Assembly (NCBI GenBank): GCA_035703635.1
Contig: DASSXV010000003.1
Coordinates: 1-36,301, forward strand
Reading direction: 5' to 3'
Origin: Trueperaceae bacterium
GTDB taxonomy: Bacteria > Deinococcota > Deinococci > Deinococcales > Trueperaceae
Length of the DNA: 36,301 nt
Shown here: in pieces, positions 9,249-17,182 of the stretch
Numbering within the stretch: position 1 is the first letter of the stretch
How the letters are laid out: every line of letters starts with the position of its first letter
The notes under the pieces: generated by a model
The model's input: the letters and a program-made list of their open reading frames with translations, nothing else
Databases searched by the model: none
Told to the model about the DNA's origin: nothing
Made by a program: the position numbers and the translations under genes

Positions 9249-10283
9249 ATGACGTCCAGGAGCAACAGTTACAAGGCAGCAGGTGTCGACCTGCGGGCGG
9301 CGGAAGAGACGGTCGACCTCATCTCCAGCGCCGTCGCAAGTACCTACACGCCCCAGGTGCTCAAGGGCTTGGGCGCCTTCGGTGGCCTCTTCGCTGTGCC
9401 GGAGGGCTACGCGCAGCCCGTGCTCGTGGCGTCTACGGACGGCGTTGGCACCAAGACCGTCGTGGCAACGCAACTGGAGCGCTTCGAGCAGATCGGCAGC
9501 GACCTCGTCAACCACTGCATCAACGACATCCTGGTGCAGGGAGCTACTCCGCTGTTCTTCCTCGATTACGTCGCCGCCTCGCGCCTCGAGCCGACGGTGG
9601 TGGCGCAGGTCGTGGCCGGCGCGGCGGCAGCGTGCCGCGAGGCAGGCATGGCCTTGCTTGGTGGCGAAACGGCCGAGATGCCGGGGGTGTACGCGCCTGG
9701 TCAGCTCGATGTGGCGGGCACCATCGTCGGGATCGTCGAGCGCGCCGCCGTGATCGACGGCTCCACCGTCAGGGCTGGAGACGCGCTGCTCGCCTTCGAG
9801 TCGGGTGGCTTGCAGACGAACGGTTTCAGCTTGGCGCGTCACCTGCTCGGCGAGCGCCTGGACGACTCGCTACCCGGTGACGAACTCGGGCGCACGATCG
9901 GCGCCGCACTCATGGCGCCTCACGTCAGCTTCCTCCCCGCGGTGCGGCCCCTGCTAGGTACCGGTCTCCTGAAGGCCATGGCGCATATCACGGGCGGTGG
10001 CCTGCCTGGCAACTTGCCGCGCAGCCTCCCGGCTGGCCTCGGCGCCACGGTCAGGCGCGGTAGCTGGCCCGAGCCAGCCATCTTCGGAGAGTTGGTGCGC
10101 GTGGGAGGGCTGCCTGACGCGGAGGCGTTCGCGGCCTTCAACATGGGCGTAGGTCTCGTGTTGGTCGTCGCGCCAGAAGCGGTCGCAGAAGTGAGGGCCA
10201 AGGTAGGGAGCCTCGGCGGTGCCCGACCAGCCCTGCATCAGATCGGTGACGTCGTTACGGGTGAGGGTGTGACTATCGTTTGA
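9249..10283 (+). CDS. purM: Phosphoribosylformylglycinamidine cyclo-ligase (AIR synthetase)
   Basis: YKAAGVD, STDGVGTK, GATPLFFLDY, GGETAEMP, AHITGGG, FNMGVG. Confidence 0.96.
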   Translation: MTSRSNSYKAAGVDLRAAEETVDLISSAVASTYTPQVLKGLGAFGGLFAVPEGYAQPVLVASTDGVGTKTVVATQLERFEQIGSDLVNHCINDILVQGATPLFFLDYVAASRLEPTVVAQVVAGAAAACREAGMALLGGETAEMPGVYAPGQLDVAGTIVGIVERAAVIDGSTVRAGDALLAFESGGLQTNGFSLARHLLGERLDDSLPGDELGRTIGAALMAPHVSFLPAVRPLLGTGLLKAMAHITGGGLPGNLPRSLPAGLGATVRRGSWPEPAIFGELVRVGGLPDAEAFAAFNMGVGLVLVVAPEAVAEVRAKVGSLGGARPALHQIGDVVTGEGVTIV

Positions 10284-10292
10284 GCGCCGCGC

Positions 10293-11771
10293 CTACTGCG
10301 GTGATTGGTTCCTCACCCGTGAGATGACGTTGTCGACGAGCGTGGCCCGCACGTTGGATGCCAGGTCTAGCGTGTTCCGCACGTCCAGCGCAGGCAGGGT
10401 GACGGTGAACACCGATCCCTCGCCAAGCCGCGACTCCACGGCGACGCTGCCGCCGTGCTGCTGCACGATCCACCTGACGATGGCGAGCCCGAGTCCGCTG
10501 CCATTTCCGCGCCCAGAACGCGCGCCGTCCACGCGGAAGAAGCGGTCGAACAGGTGAGGCAGCGCTTCAGAGGGTATGCCCGCCCCGTCGTCCAGCACTT
10601 CTAGGTACACCTGCGTGCGCTCCGGGCGCACCGCGATGGTCACCTTCTTGGCCCCCGCGTTGATGGCGTTCTGCACGAGGTTCAGTAGGACCTGCTTGAG
10701 GCGCGTGAAGTCGCCCATGACCTCGGCGAGCGGCGTGGTGCTGCGCGCCTCGATGACCGTCGAGCCGGCGACGGGCGCCACTTCCTGCTTGACGGCGTCG
10801 ACTACCTCCACGAGGTTCATCGGCTCGAGGTGGACGGTGAAACCGGCGTCTGCGCGGGCCAGCTCGAGCAGGTCGTTGACGAGCTTGGCCATGCGCTCGC
10901 TCTCCCGTCGGATGACCTCGAGCGAATCGAGCTGATCGGGGGTCGGATTGGTGCGCCGCAGCAGGTAACTGACGTGCCCGCCGATAGCGGTTACCGGGGT
11001 CCTCAGCTCGTGACTAGCGTCAGCGGTGAAGCGCCGTTGCGTCTCGAACGATTCCTGCAGGCGGTCCAGCATGTGGTTGATGGTCACGCCGAGGTCGCGG
11101 ATCTCGTCGCGGTTGCTCGGCACAGGCACGCGTTGCGCGAGGTCGGACACGGAGACTTGAGCGGCGGCCGCCGTAACGCTCTTGAGCGGCCCAAGCACGC
11201 GTTCCGACAAGAGCCACACCCCAAGCGCGAAGACGATGAAGGCGATCAACACGGTGGCTATCAGGTCTTGCGCCAACTGATCGAGGGTCTGAGTGAGCAA
11301 CGAGGCGGGGATGCCAACGAGGAACGCCGCCTGGACGGTCGGCCCGCCCTCCATGAGGCTGAGCGTGCTTAGGCGACCGAACACGCGGACGGTCTCGCCA
11401 CGCACGTTGATGGTGCCGCTCATCTGGCCATCGGTGAGAAGCATCTGCGCGGACGCGTCCGAGATCGACGGCACGAGGCTCTTGTTGTAAGCGTACGGGA
11501 AGCCGTTCCTGAGCTCGGCTGGGAGCACGGGGGTGTGCCCGGCCAGTCCGAGCAGCAAGATCTCGTAGTAGGTGTCGCTCGGGAGCTTCTGTACCCCTTG
11601 CGCGACAGGCGTCGTGCCGGCGGTCAGCTCCGCCAACGCGCGCTGTGCTTGGTCCGTAACCCCAACGTTGAGCGAGCGTTCGGTCAACACGTACACGGAC
11701 ACCGCCACCGCGGACAGGATCACCGCGATGAAGGCGCCGAACACCAACGTCAGTTGTAGGCGCAGCCTCAC
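10293..11771 (-). CDS. Membrane sensor histidine kinase (2 TM, periplasmic sensor, HAMP-HisKA-HATPase)
   Basis: H-box ASHELRTP, N-box LLNLVQNA, G1 DDGAGI, F-box LFDRFFR, G2 GSGLGLAIV; GGAGG upstream of the GTG start. Confidence 0.95.
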   Translation of the reverse strand: MRLRLQLTLVFGAFIAVILSAVAVSVYVLTERSLNVGVTDQAQRALAELTAGTTPVAQGVQKLPSDTYYEILLLGLAGHTPVLPAELRNGFPYAYNKSLVPSISDASAQMLLTDGQMSGTINVRGETVRVFGRLSTLSLMEGGPTVQAAFLVGIPASLLTQTLDQLAQDLIATVLIAFIVFALGVWLLSERVLGPLKSVTAAAAQVSVSDLAQRVPVPSNRDEIRDLGVTINHMLDRLQESFETQRRFTADASHELRTPVTAIGGHVSYLLRRTNPTPDQLDSLEVIRRESERMAKLVNDLLELARADAGFTVHLEPMNLVEVVDAVKQEVAPVAGSTVIEARSTTPLAEVMGDFTRLKQVLLNLVQNAINAGAKKVTIAVRPERTQVYLEVLDDGAGIPSEALPHLFDRFFRVDGARSGRGNGSGLGLAIVRWIVQQHGGSVAVESRLGEGSVFTVTLPALDVRNTLDLASNVRATLVDNVISRVRNQSPQ

Positions 11772-11792
11772 GGTGTTATGGCCCCTCCGAGT

Positions 11793-12470
11793 TCATTCCT
11801 CGCGCAGGACGTAGCCAACTCCGCGAACCGTGTGCACGAGGCGCCGTTCACCATCTTGCTCGAGCTTGCGCCGCAGGTAGCCGACGTAAACGTCTACGAC
11901 GTTGCTGCCGCCCGTGTACTCAGGCCACACCTTCTCCTCTATCTCGAAGCGGTTGAAGACCTTGCCCGGGTTGCGGGCGAAGAGCTCTAGGAGCTCGAAC
12001 TCCTTGGCTGACAAGTCGATACGGCGGCCGTCGCGGAACACCTCGCGGCCGTCTAGGTTCATGACGAGGTCGACGACGCGCACCTCGCCTGTGACGGCCG
12101 GGTTGACGCGCCGTAGGTGCGCGCGCACTCGGGCGAGCAGCTCCTCGATGGAGAAGGGTTTGACGAGGTAGTCGTCCGCCCCTGAGTCGAGGCCAGTCAC
12201 CTTGTCGTCCACGGAGTCCTTGGCGGTAAGGATGATGATGGGGGTGTTGCTCGTCTTGCGGATGCGGCGCGCCACCTCGAGGCCGTCAAGCACCGGCAGC
12301 ATCAGGTCGAGCACGACGAGATCAGGGTTCAGTTCACGGAACTTCGATAGGCCAGTGACGCCGTCGTAGCTGACCACGGTCTCGTAGTTCTCGGCCTGCA
12401 GTTCGAGATCGATGAACTTGGCGATCTCCTTCTCGTCCTCGACGATCAAGATCAGTGGTTTGCGCTCCAT
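11793..12470 (-). CDS. OmpR/PhoB-family response regulator
   Basis: [55 protein letters not shown]; start set at MERKP (ATG 12470). Confidence 0.95.
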   Translation of the reverse strand: MERKPLILIVEDEKEIAKFIDLELQAENYETVVSYDGVTGLSKFRELNPDLVVLDLMLPVLDGLEVARRIRKTSNTPIIILTAKDSVDDKVTGLDSGADDYLVKPFSIEELLARVRAHLRRVNPAVTGEVRVVDLVMNLDGREVFRDGRRIDLSAKEFELLELFARNPGKVFNRFEIEEKVWPEYTGGSNVVDVYVGYLRRKLEQDGERRLVHTVRGVGYVLREE

Positions 12471-12477
12471 GCCCGAA

Positions 12478-12486
12478 ATCATGGCA
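12478..12486 (-). promoter_or_regulatory. Candidate extended -10 (TGcCATGAT) for a leaderless RR transcript
   Basis: 7 nt upstream of ATG 12470; the first base deviates from TANNNT. Confidence 0.45.
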
Positions 12487-12565
12487 CGAGTTCTCATGAG
12501 AGACTTGATGGCCGCGTGAACGGGAGATTAGAAGCCTTGGCGGTGTCTTGCGCGCAGCTAGCGCT

Positions 12566-13060
12566 TCAGGCTGCGCCGATCACGACGGTCGCTTGGACGA
12601 TTACGTCGTGCTCGAGGACGCTGGCGGCCCAGGCCTTGGCGCCAAGCAGCGAGTGGTCGCGCCAGTTGCCGCACGTCTGGCGCGAGCAGCCCGGCACTGG
12701 GCCCTCGTGTGCTGCCACGGCGCGCAGGGCGGCAACGAAGCCGTCGCGCACGCGCTCCTCGCTTGGCGCGCCAAGCACCGTAAGGTAGAAGCCCGTCCTG
12801 CAGCCCATCGGGCTGGCGTCGACGATCACGAGCTCCGGCAGTGCCGCGCGCAGGTAACCGGCGAACAGGTGCTCGATGGTGTGCAGCGCTGCGGTCGGCA
12901 CCTCCGCCTCGTTCGGCTGCACGAGCCGCAAGTCGAACTTCGTCACCTTGTCGCCGTTCGGGCCGGTGTAGTTGGCAGCCAAGCGCACGTAAGGCGCCCG
13001 CACGCGGTCGTGGTCTAGCTCGAAACTCTCGAGCCTTGGTGGGTCTAGCCGCTCGCTCAT
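12566..13060 (-). CDS. luxS: S-ribosylhomocysteine lyase (AI-2 synthase)
   Basis: ESFELDH, KFDLRLVQPN, LHTIEH (HxxEH), SPMGCRTGFY, CGNWRDH; start at ATG 13060. Confidence 0.97.
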   Translation of the reverse strand: MSERLDPPRLESFELDHDRVRAPYVRLAANYTGPNGDKVTKFDLRLVQPNEAEVPTAALHTIEHLFAGYLRAALPELVIVDASPMGCRTGFYLTVLGAPSEERVRDGFVAALRAVAAHEGPVPGCSRQTCGNWRDHSLLGAKAWAASVLEHDVIVQATVVIGAA

Positions 13061-13066
13061 CAAGGG

Positions 13067-13072
13067 AGTATA
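13067..13072 (-). promoter_or_regulatory. -10 element (TATACT), leaderless luxS promoter
   Basis: TATACT-cccttg-ATG on the minus strand, 6-nt spacing. Confidence 0.75.
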
Positions 13073-13096
13073 GAGCGAGTGGCACCTTGTTACGGG

Positions 13097-13102
13097 TAGA
13101 CT
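13097..13102 (+). promoter_or_regulatory. Candidate -10 element (TAGACT) for the NYN gene
   Basis: TANNNT in the luxS/NYN divergent gap; same hexamer as the priA promoter. Confidence 0.5.
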
Positions 13103-13173
13103 TGCCAGGGTCAGACAAGGCGCGGCCACGGCCGCTCTCGAGTTATCTCAAGGAAGGTCCGGTATCTGAACTC

Positions 13174-13797
13174 ATGGAAAGAGACGGCAACGGGCGAGAT
13201 GGCGGCCGGTCGAACAAGCAGAGGGAGCAGGGTGCGGCGCAAAGTCGCCAGCAGATGTTCACGCGCGGCGTGATCCCGGGCGAGCGAGTCGCCATCTTCG
13301 TCGATGGCAGCAACTTGTACAACGGCATGCGCGAGAACCTGCGCAACACGCGCGTCAACCTGGCTGAGCTCATCCAGCAGCTGCTGCGCGACAGGCCCCT
13401 CTTCCGCACCTACTACTACAACGCGCCGTTGACGGAGGACTACGACGAGGAGCTGAGGGAGGGCCAGGCGCGCTTCTTCGACTCGCTCAGGCGCATCCCT
13501 TACGTCACCGTGCGCTTCGGCAAGCTCCACCGCCGCCCGGACGGTGCGATGGTCGAGAAGGGCATCGACGTCGCCATCGCCGTCGAAGCCTTGTCGTTGG
13601 CCTACCAGGACGCTTACGACACCGCCCTGCTCGTGTCGGGTGACGGCGATTACGTCGAACTCGTCGAGGCCATCAAGCGCCAAGGCAAGCACGTCGAGTG
13701 CGCCATGTTCCGCAACCAATCGGCAGGCACGCTCCTCGAGCACGTCGACTTGTTCCAGAACCTCGAAGAGCTCGACTGGAGCCGCATCGTCTTCTAG
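13174..13797 (+). CDS. NYN domain protein (LabA/DUF88, PIN-like fold)
   Basis: VAIFVDGSN, RTYYY, EKGIDVAIA, LVSGDGDY, GKHVE; start uncertain (ATG 13174 or ATG 13255). Confidence 0.9.
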   Translation: MERDGNGRDGGRSNKQREQGAAQSRQQMFTRGVIPGERVAIFVDGSNLYNGMRENLRNTRVNLAELIQQLLRDRPLFRTYYYNAPLTEDYDEELREGQARFFDSLRRIPYVTVRFGKLHRRPDGAMVEKGIDVAIAVEALSLAYQDAYDTALLVSGDGDYVELVEAIKRQGKHVECAMFRNQSAGTLLEHVDLFQNLEELDWSRIVF

Positions 13798-13886
13798 CGT
13801 CGCGCTCCTCGGCCCGTTCTCGGCCCCGAGTCTCAGGACTGAGTTAACGTTCGCCGCCAACGGTCCTGTTACGTCCATAAGCCGTC

Positions 13887-13895
13887 TGGTATTCT
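13887..13895 (+). promoter_or_regulatory. Extended -10 (TGgTATTCT) for the BMP-family gene
   Basis: TGn-TANNNT about 100 nt upstream of ATG 13998; SD-like GGAGG near the start. Confidence 0.6.
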
Positions 13896-13997
13896 GCTTG
13901 GGCAACAGCAACGCTCTGTGAGGGCCTCCGTTCGAGTCAGCGAACGGTCCGAACGCCCCAAGAGCACACCGCATTTCATGGAGGGAACATCAGACTT

Positions 13998-15113
13998 ATG
14001 CGCAAACTGATCGCCTTACTCGCCGCACTCCTGATCACCGGGGCTATGGCGCAGGACTACGTTTTCGGCATCGTCTACGACGCGGGCGGCAAGTTCGACC
14101 GCTCGTTCAACGAGGGCACGTGGCGCGGCGTCGAACGCGCGCAGGTCGACCTCGAGGCCGACGGCTACGAAGTCGAAGTCGTCGAGTTCGAGGGCAGCCC
14201 AGACACGGCGGCCGAAGGCCAACGCCGTATCGCGCTGGAAGGCGCCGAGCTCATCGTCGCCCCTGGCTTCCTCCAGGCCGATGCCATCACGGCCGTCGCG
14301 CAGGAGTTCCCGCGCACCTCGTTCGTCATCATCGACGCCGTCTCTGAGGGCGACAACGTCCGCAGCGTGCTCTTCAAGGAGCAAGAGGGCTCGTTCCTCG
14401 TCGGCTACATCGCAGGCAAGCTCACCCGCACTGGCACGGTCGGGTTCGTCGGCGGCATGGACGTTCCGCTCATCCGCGCCTTCGACCTCGGCTACCAGGA
14501 GGGCGTCAAGGCCGCCTGCGCAGACTGCACCATCATCAGCAACTACGTCGGGGTAACCCCGGACGCCTGGAACGACCCGGCGCGCGCCAAGGAACTCGCC
14601 AACACGCAGAACGCCCAGGGCGCGGACATCATCTACGCCGCCGCTGGCGCTTCCGGTAACGGCGTTATCGACTTCGTCAACGAGAAGCAGTGCTTCGTTC
14701 CGACCGGCGCCACCCGCGAGACCCCGATCGACGCGCAGCTTGCCAACATCGCCAAGCCTGCCGGTTACGACGCCAAGTGCGGCGGCGCTGCCAAGCCGAT
14801 CTTCTTCATCGGCGTCGACAGCAACCAGAACCCGCTCGGTGACACCGACTCCAACCCAGACACGCTCAACTTCGGCCTCACCAGCATGCTCAAGCGCGTC
14901 GACGTGGCCTCCTACGACGCCGTCATGGACGTCGTGAACGGCACCTTCACGGGCGGCATCATGAACCTCGGTTTGGCTGAGGACGGCGTCGATTACGCCC
15001 TCGACGAGTACAACTCGGCGCTCATCCCGGCCGACCTCGTCGCTGCGGTCAACGATGTCAAGCAGCAGATCATCGACGGCGCCATCGTCGTTACCGACTA
15101 CCGCCAGCAGTAA
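13998..15113 (+). CDS. BMP/PnrA-family substrate-binding protein (type I periplasmic binding fold; family typically binds nucleosides)
   Basis: GGKFDRSFNE, FKEQEGSFLVG, GFVGGMDVP, GADIIYAAAGASG, IGVDSNQ, TSMLKRVD; SPase I-type signal (AMA-QD) with no lipobox Cys. Confidence 0.92.
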   Translation: MRKLIALLAALLITGAMAQDYVFGIVYDAGGKFDRSFNEGTWRGVERAQVDLEADGYEVEVVEFEGSPDTAAEGQRRIALEGAELIVAPGFLQADAITAVAQEFPRTSFVIIDAVSEGDNVRSVLFKEQEGSFLVGYIAGKLTRTGTVGFVGGMDVPLIRAFDLGYQEGVKAACADCTIISNYVGVTPDAWNDPARAKELANTQNAQGADIIYAAAGASGNGVIDFVNEKQCFVPTGATRETPIDAQLANIAKPAGYDAKCGGAAKPIFFIGVDSNQNPLGDTDSNPDTLNFGLTSMLKRVDVASYDAVMDVVNGTFTGGIMNLGLAEDGVDYALDEYNSALIPADLVAAVNDVKQQIIDGAIVVTDYRQQ

Positions 15114-15144
15114 GCGAACGGGCCAAGGCCCATCGCAGTGACTC

Positions 15145-15182
15145 GTGGAGCGGAGCCCGCAACGGCTCCGCTCCACTACTTT
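15145..15182 (+). terminator. Intrinsic terminator-like hairpin after the BMP gene
   Basis: Perfect 13-bp stem GTGGAGCGGAGCC/GGCTCCGCTCCAC, 6-nt loop, followed by TACTTT. Confidence 0.7.
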
Positions 15183-15197
15183 AGGAAGCCGCCCGTC

Positions 15198-15206
15198 TGC
15201 TATCCT
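15198..15206 (+). promoter_or_regulatory. Extended -10 (TGcTATCCT) for rnpB
   Basis: 6 nt upstream of the predicted P1 5' strand. Confidence 0.7.
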
Positions 15207-15212
15207 GGCCGG

Positions 15213-15647
<435 letters not shown>

Positions 15648-15677
15648 GCGGCCCCGCAAGGGGCCGCCTTCTTCGTT
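15648..15677 (+). terminator. rnpB intrinsic terminator
   Basis: GCGGCCCC-gcaa-GGGGCCGC followed by CTTCTTCGTT. Confidence 0.75.
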
Positions 15678-15740
15678 CTGGCCGCTATCGCCAACCTCGG
15701 TGGGAGACATCACACATTTGCAGGTGAATCGAACTCGATG

Positions 15741-15770
15741 GTGGGAAATCGTGGGAGAGTGTGGTAAAGT
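15741..15770 (+). promoter_or_regulatory. MraZ-binding repeats overlapping the dcw promoter
   Basis: GTGGG (15741), GTGGG (15751), GTGGT (15761) at a 10-nt period; the third overlaps the extended -10 TGgTAAAGT (15762-15770). Confidence 0.85.
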
Positions 15771-15857
15771 CCGGAATCTCGCCTAGGTGCCGCAGAAAGC
15801 ACTTGCAGGACGGCGTTAATACCACCAACGACCATCACGAGGAGCGCACGCGACAAG

Positions 15858-16286
15858 ATGCCGTTCGGGGAGTACCAGTACAACGTCGACGACAAGGGCC
15901 GAGTCATCGTCCCCCCGGCTTTCCGTGACTTCGTCGCGGACGGCATGGTCGTCACCCGCGGCTTCGACAACTGCCTCTTCGTCTTCCCCCTCACCGCCTG
16001 GGAGCGCATCGAACAGCACCTGACCGCCCTTCCACTCACGGACCCTGAATCCCGCAAGTTCGTGCGCTTCTTCTACTCGGGCGCCGCTAAAGCCAAGCTC
16101 GACTCGGCGGGACGCATCATGCTCCCCGCACCTCTGCGCAACTACGCCAGCGCCGAGAGCAGCGTCGTCGTCGTGGGAGCGCCCAACCGCCTCGAGATCT
16201 GGAACGAGCAGCTGTGGCTGCAGAGCCTCGACGACGTGCAGGCGAACCCACCCGCGCCCGAACTACTCCGTGAGTTGGTCGGATGA
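15858..16286 (+). CDS. mraZ: Transcriptional regulator MraZ
   Basis: GEYQYNVDDKGRVIVP, TRGFDNCL, LDSAGRIMLP, VGAPNRLEIW. Confidence 0.97.
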   Translation: MPFGEYQYNVDDKGRVIVPPAFRDFVADGMVVTRGFDNCLFVFPLTAWERIEQHLTALPLTDPESRKFVRFFYSGAAKAKLDSAGRIMLPAPLRNYASAESSVVVVGAPNRLEIWNEQLWLQSLDDVQANPPAPELLRELVG

Positions 16287-17182
16287 CCACCTCGCCAGGT
16301 TCGGTAGTTGCGGCCGCCCCACACCTCAGCGTCATGGTCGAGGAGACCCTCGACGGGCTACGGCTGCAACCCGGCGGCTGGTACGTGGACGGCACGTTCG
16401 GAGCCGGAGGCCACACGCGCCTCCTCCTCGAGCGCGGCGTCAACGTCGTGGCCATCGACCAGGACCCAACGGCTGCCGGCTACGTGACCGCACTCCGCGC
16501 CGCTGGCCTGCCTGGCGAGCTGCGCTTCGTGGCGGGCAACTTCCGCGACCTCGAGACCCTCGTTGCCTCGGCGGGAGTAACCGAGGTGCACGGCGTGCTC
16601 CTTGACCTTGGCGTCTCATCGATGCAGTTGGACGAGGGCGAGCGCGGCTTCGCGTTCCGCAAGGACGGCCCCCTCGACATGCGCATGAGCGAGAGCGGCG
16701 TTAGCGCAGAGCTGGTCGTGAACGACTACTCCCTCGAGGACCTCGCCGCGTTGATCTTCCGTTACGGCGAGGAGCGCCACAGCAGGCGCGTCGCCCGGCG
16801 CATCGTCGAAGCCCGCGAATCCAGCCGCATCACCACCACGGCGCGTCTGGCCGAGGTCGTTAGCTCCGCCTACCCCCCGGGCCCGCGCCGCGAGCACCCA
16901 GCGCGGCGCACCTTCCAGGCGTTGAGGATCTACGTCAACGACGAGCTTGGCGCCCTGCAAGAAGGACTTGAGGCTTCCGCGCGCCTGCTCGTGCCGGGTG
17001 GCCGCCTCGTCGTGCTCTCCTATCACTCCCTCGAGGACCGCATCGTCAAGCAGTTCCTCAAGGACTCACCGCGCGTCACTCCCCTGCATAAAAGGCCTCT
17101 CGAAGCCTCCCCTGAGGAGGTCGCGGTCAACTCGCGAGCACGTAGCGCCAAGCTCAGGGTCGGCGAGCGGGTGAGCGAGTGA
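16283..17182 (+). CDS. rsmH: 16S rRNA m4C1402 methyltransferase
   Basis: VDGTFGAGGH, DLGVSSMQLD, GPLDMRM, FQALRIYVNDEL, SYHSLEDRIVK, RARSAKLR. Confidence 0.97.
   Translation: MTTSPGSVVAAAPHLSVMVEETLDGLRLQPGGWYVDGTFGAGGHTRLLLERGVNVVAIDQDPTAAGYVTALRAAGLPGELRFVAGNFRDLETLVASAGVTEVHGVLLDLGVSSMQLDEGERGFAFRKDGPLDMRMSESGVSAELVVNDYSLEDLAALIFRYGEERHSRRVARRIVEARESSRITTTARLAEVVSSAYPPGPRREHPARRTFQALRIYVNDELGALQEGLEASARLLVPGGRLVVLSYHSLEDRIVKQFLKDSPRVTPLHKRPLEASPEEVAVNSRARSAKLRVGERVSE

Noticed and set aside
13803..13845. Short repeats and hairpins after the NYN gene (CTCGGCCC twice; CTCAG-ga-CTGAG)
   Set aside because: Stems are short, there is no U-tract and the sequence is GC-rich; not enough to call a terminator or operator
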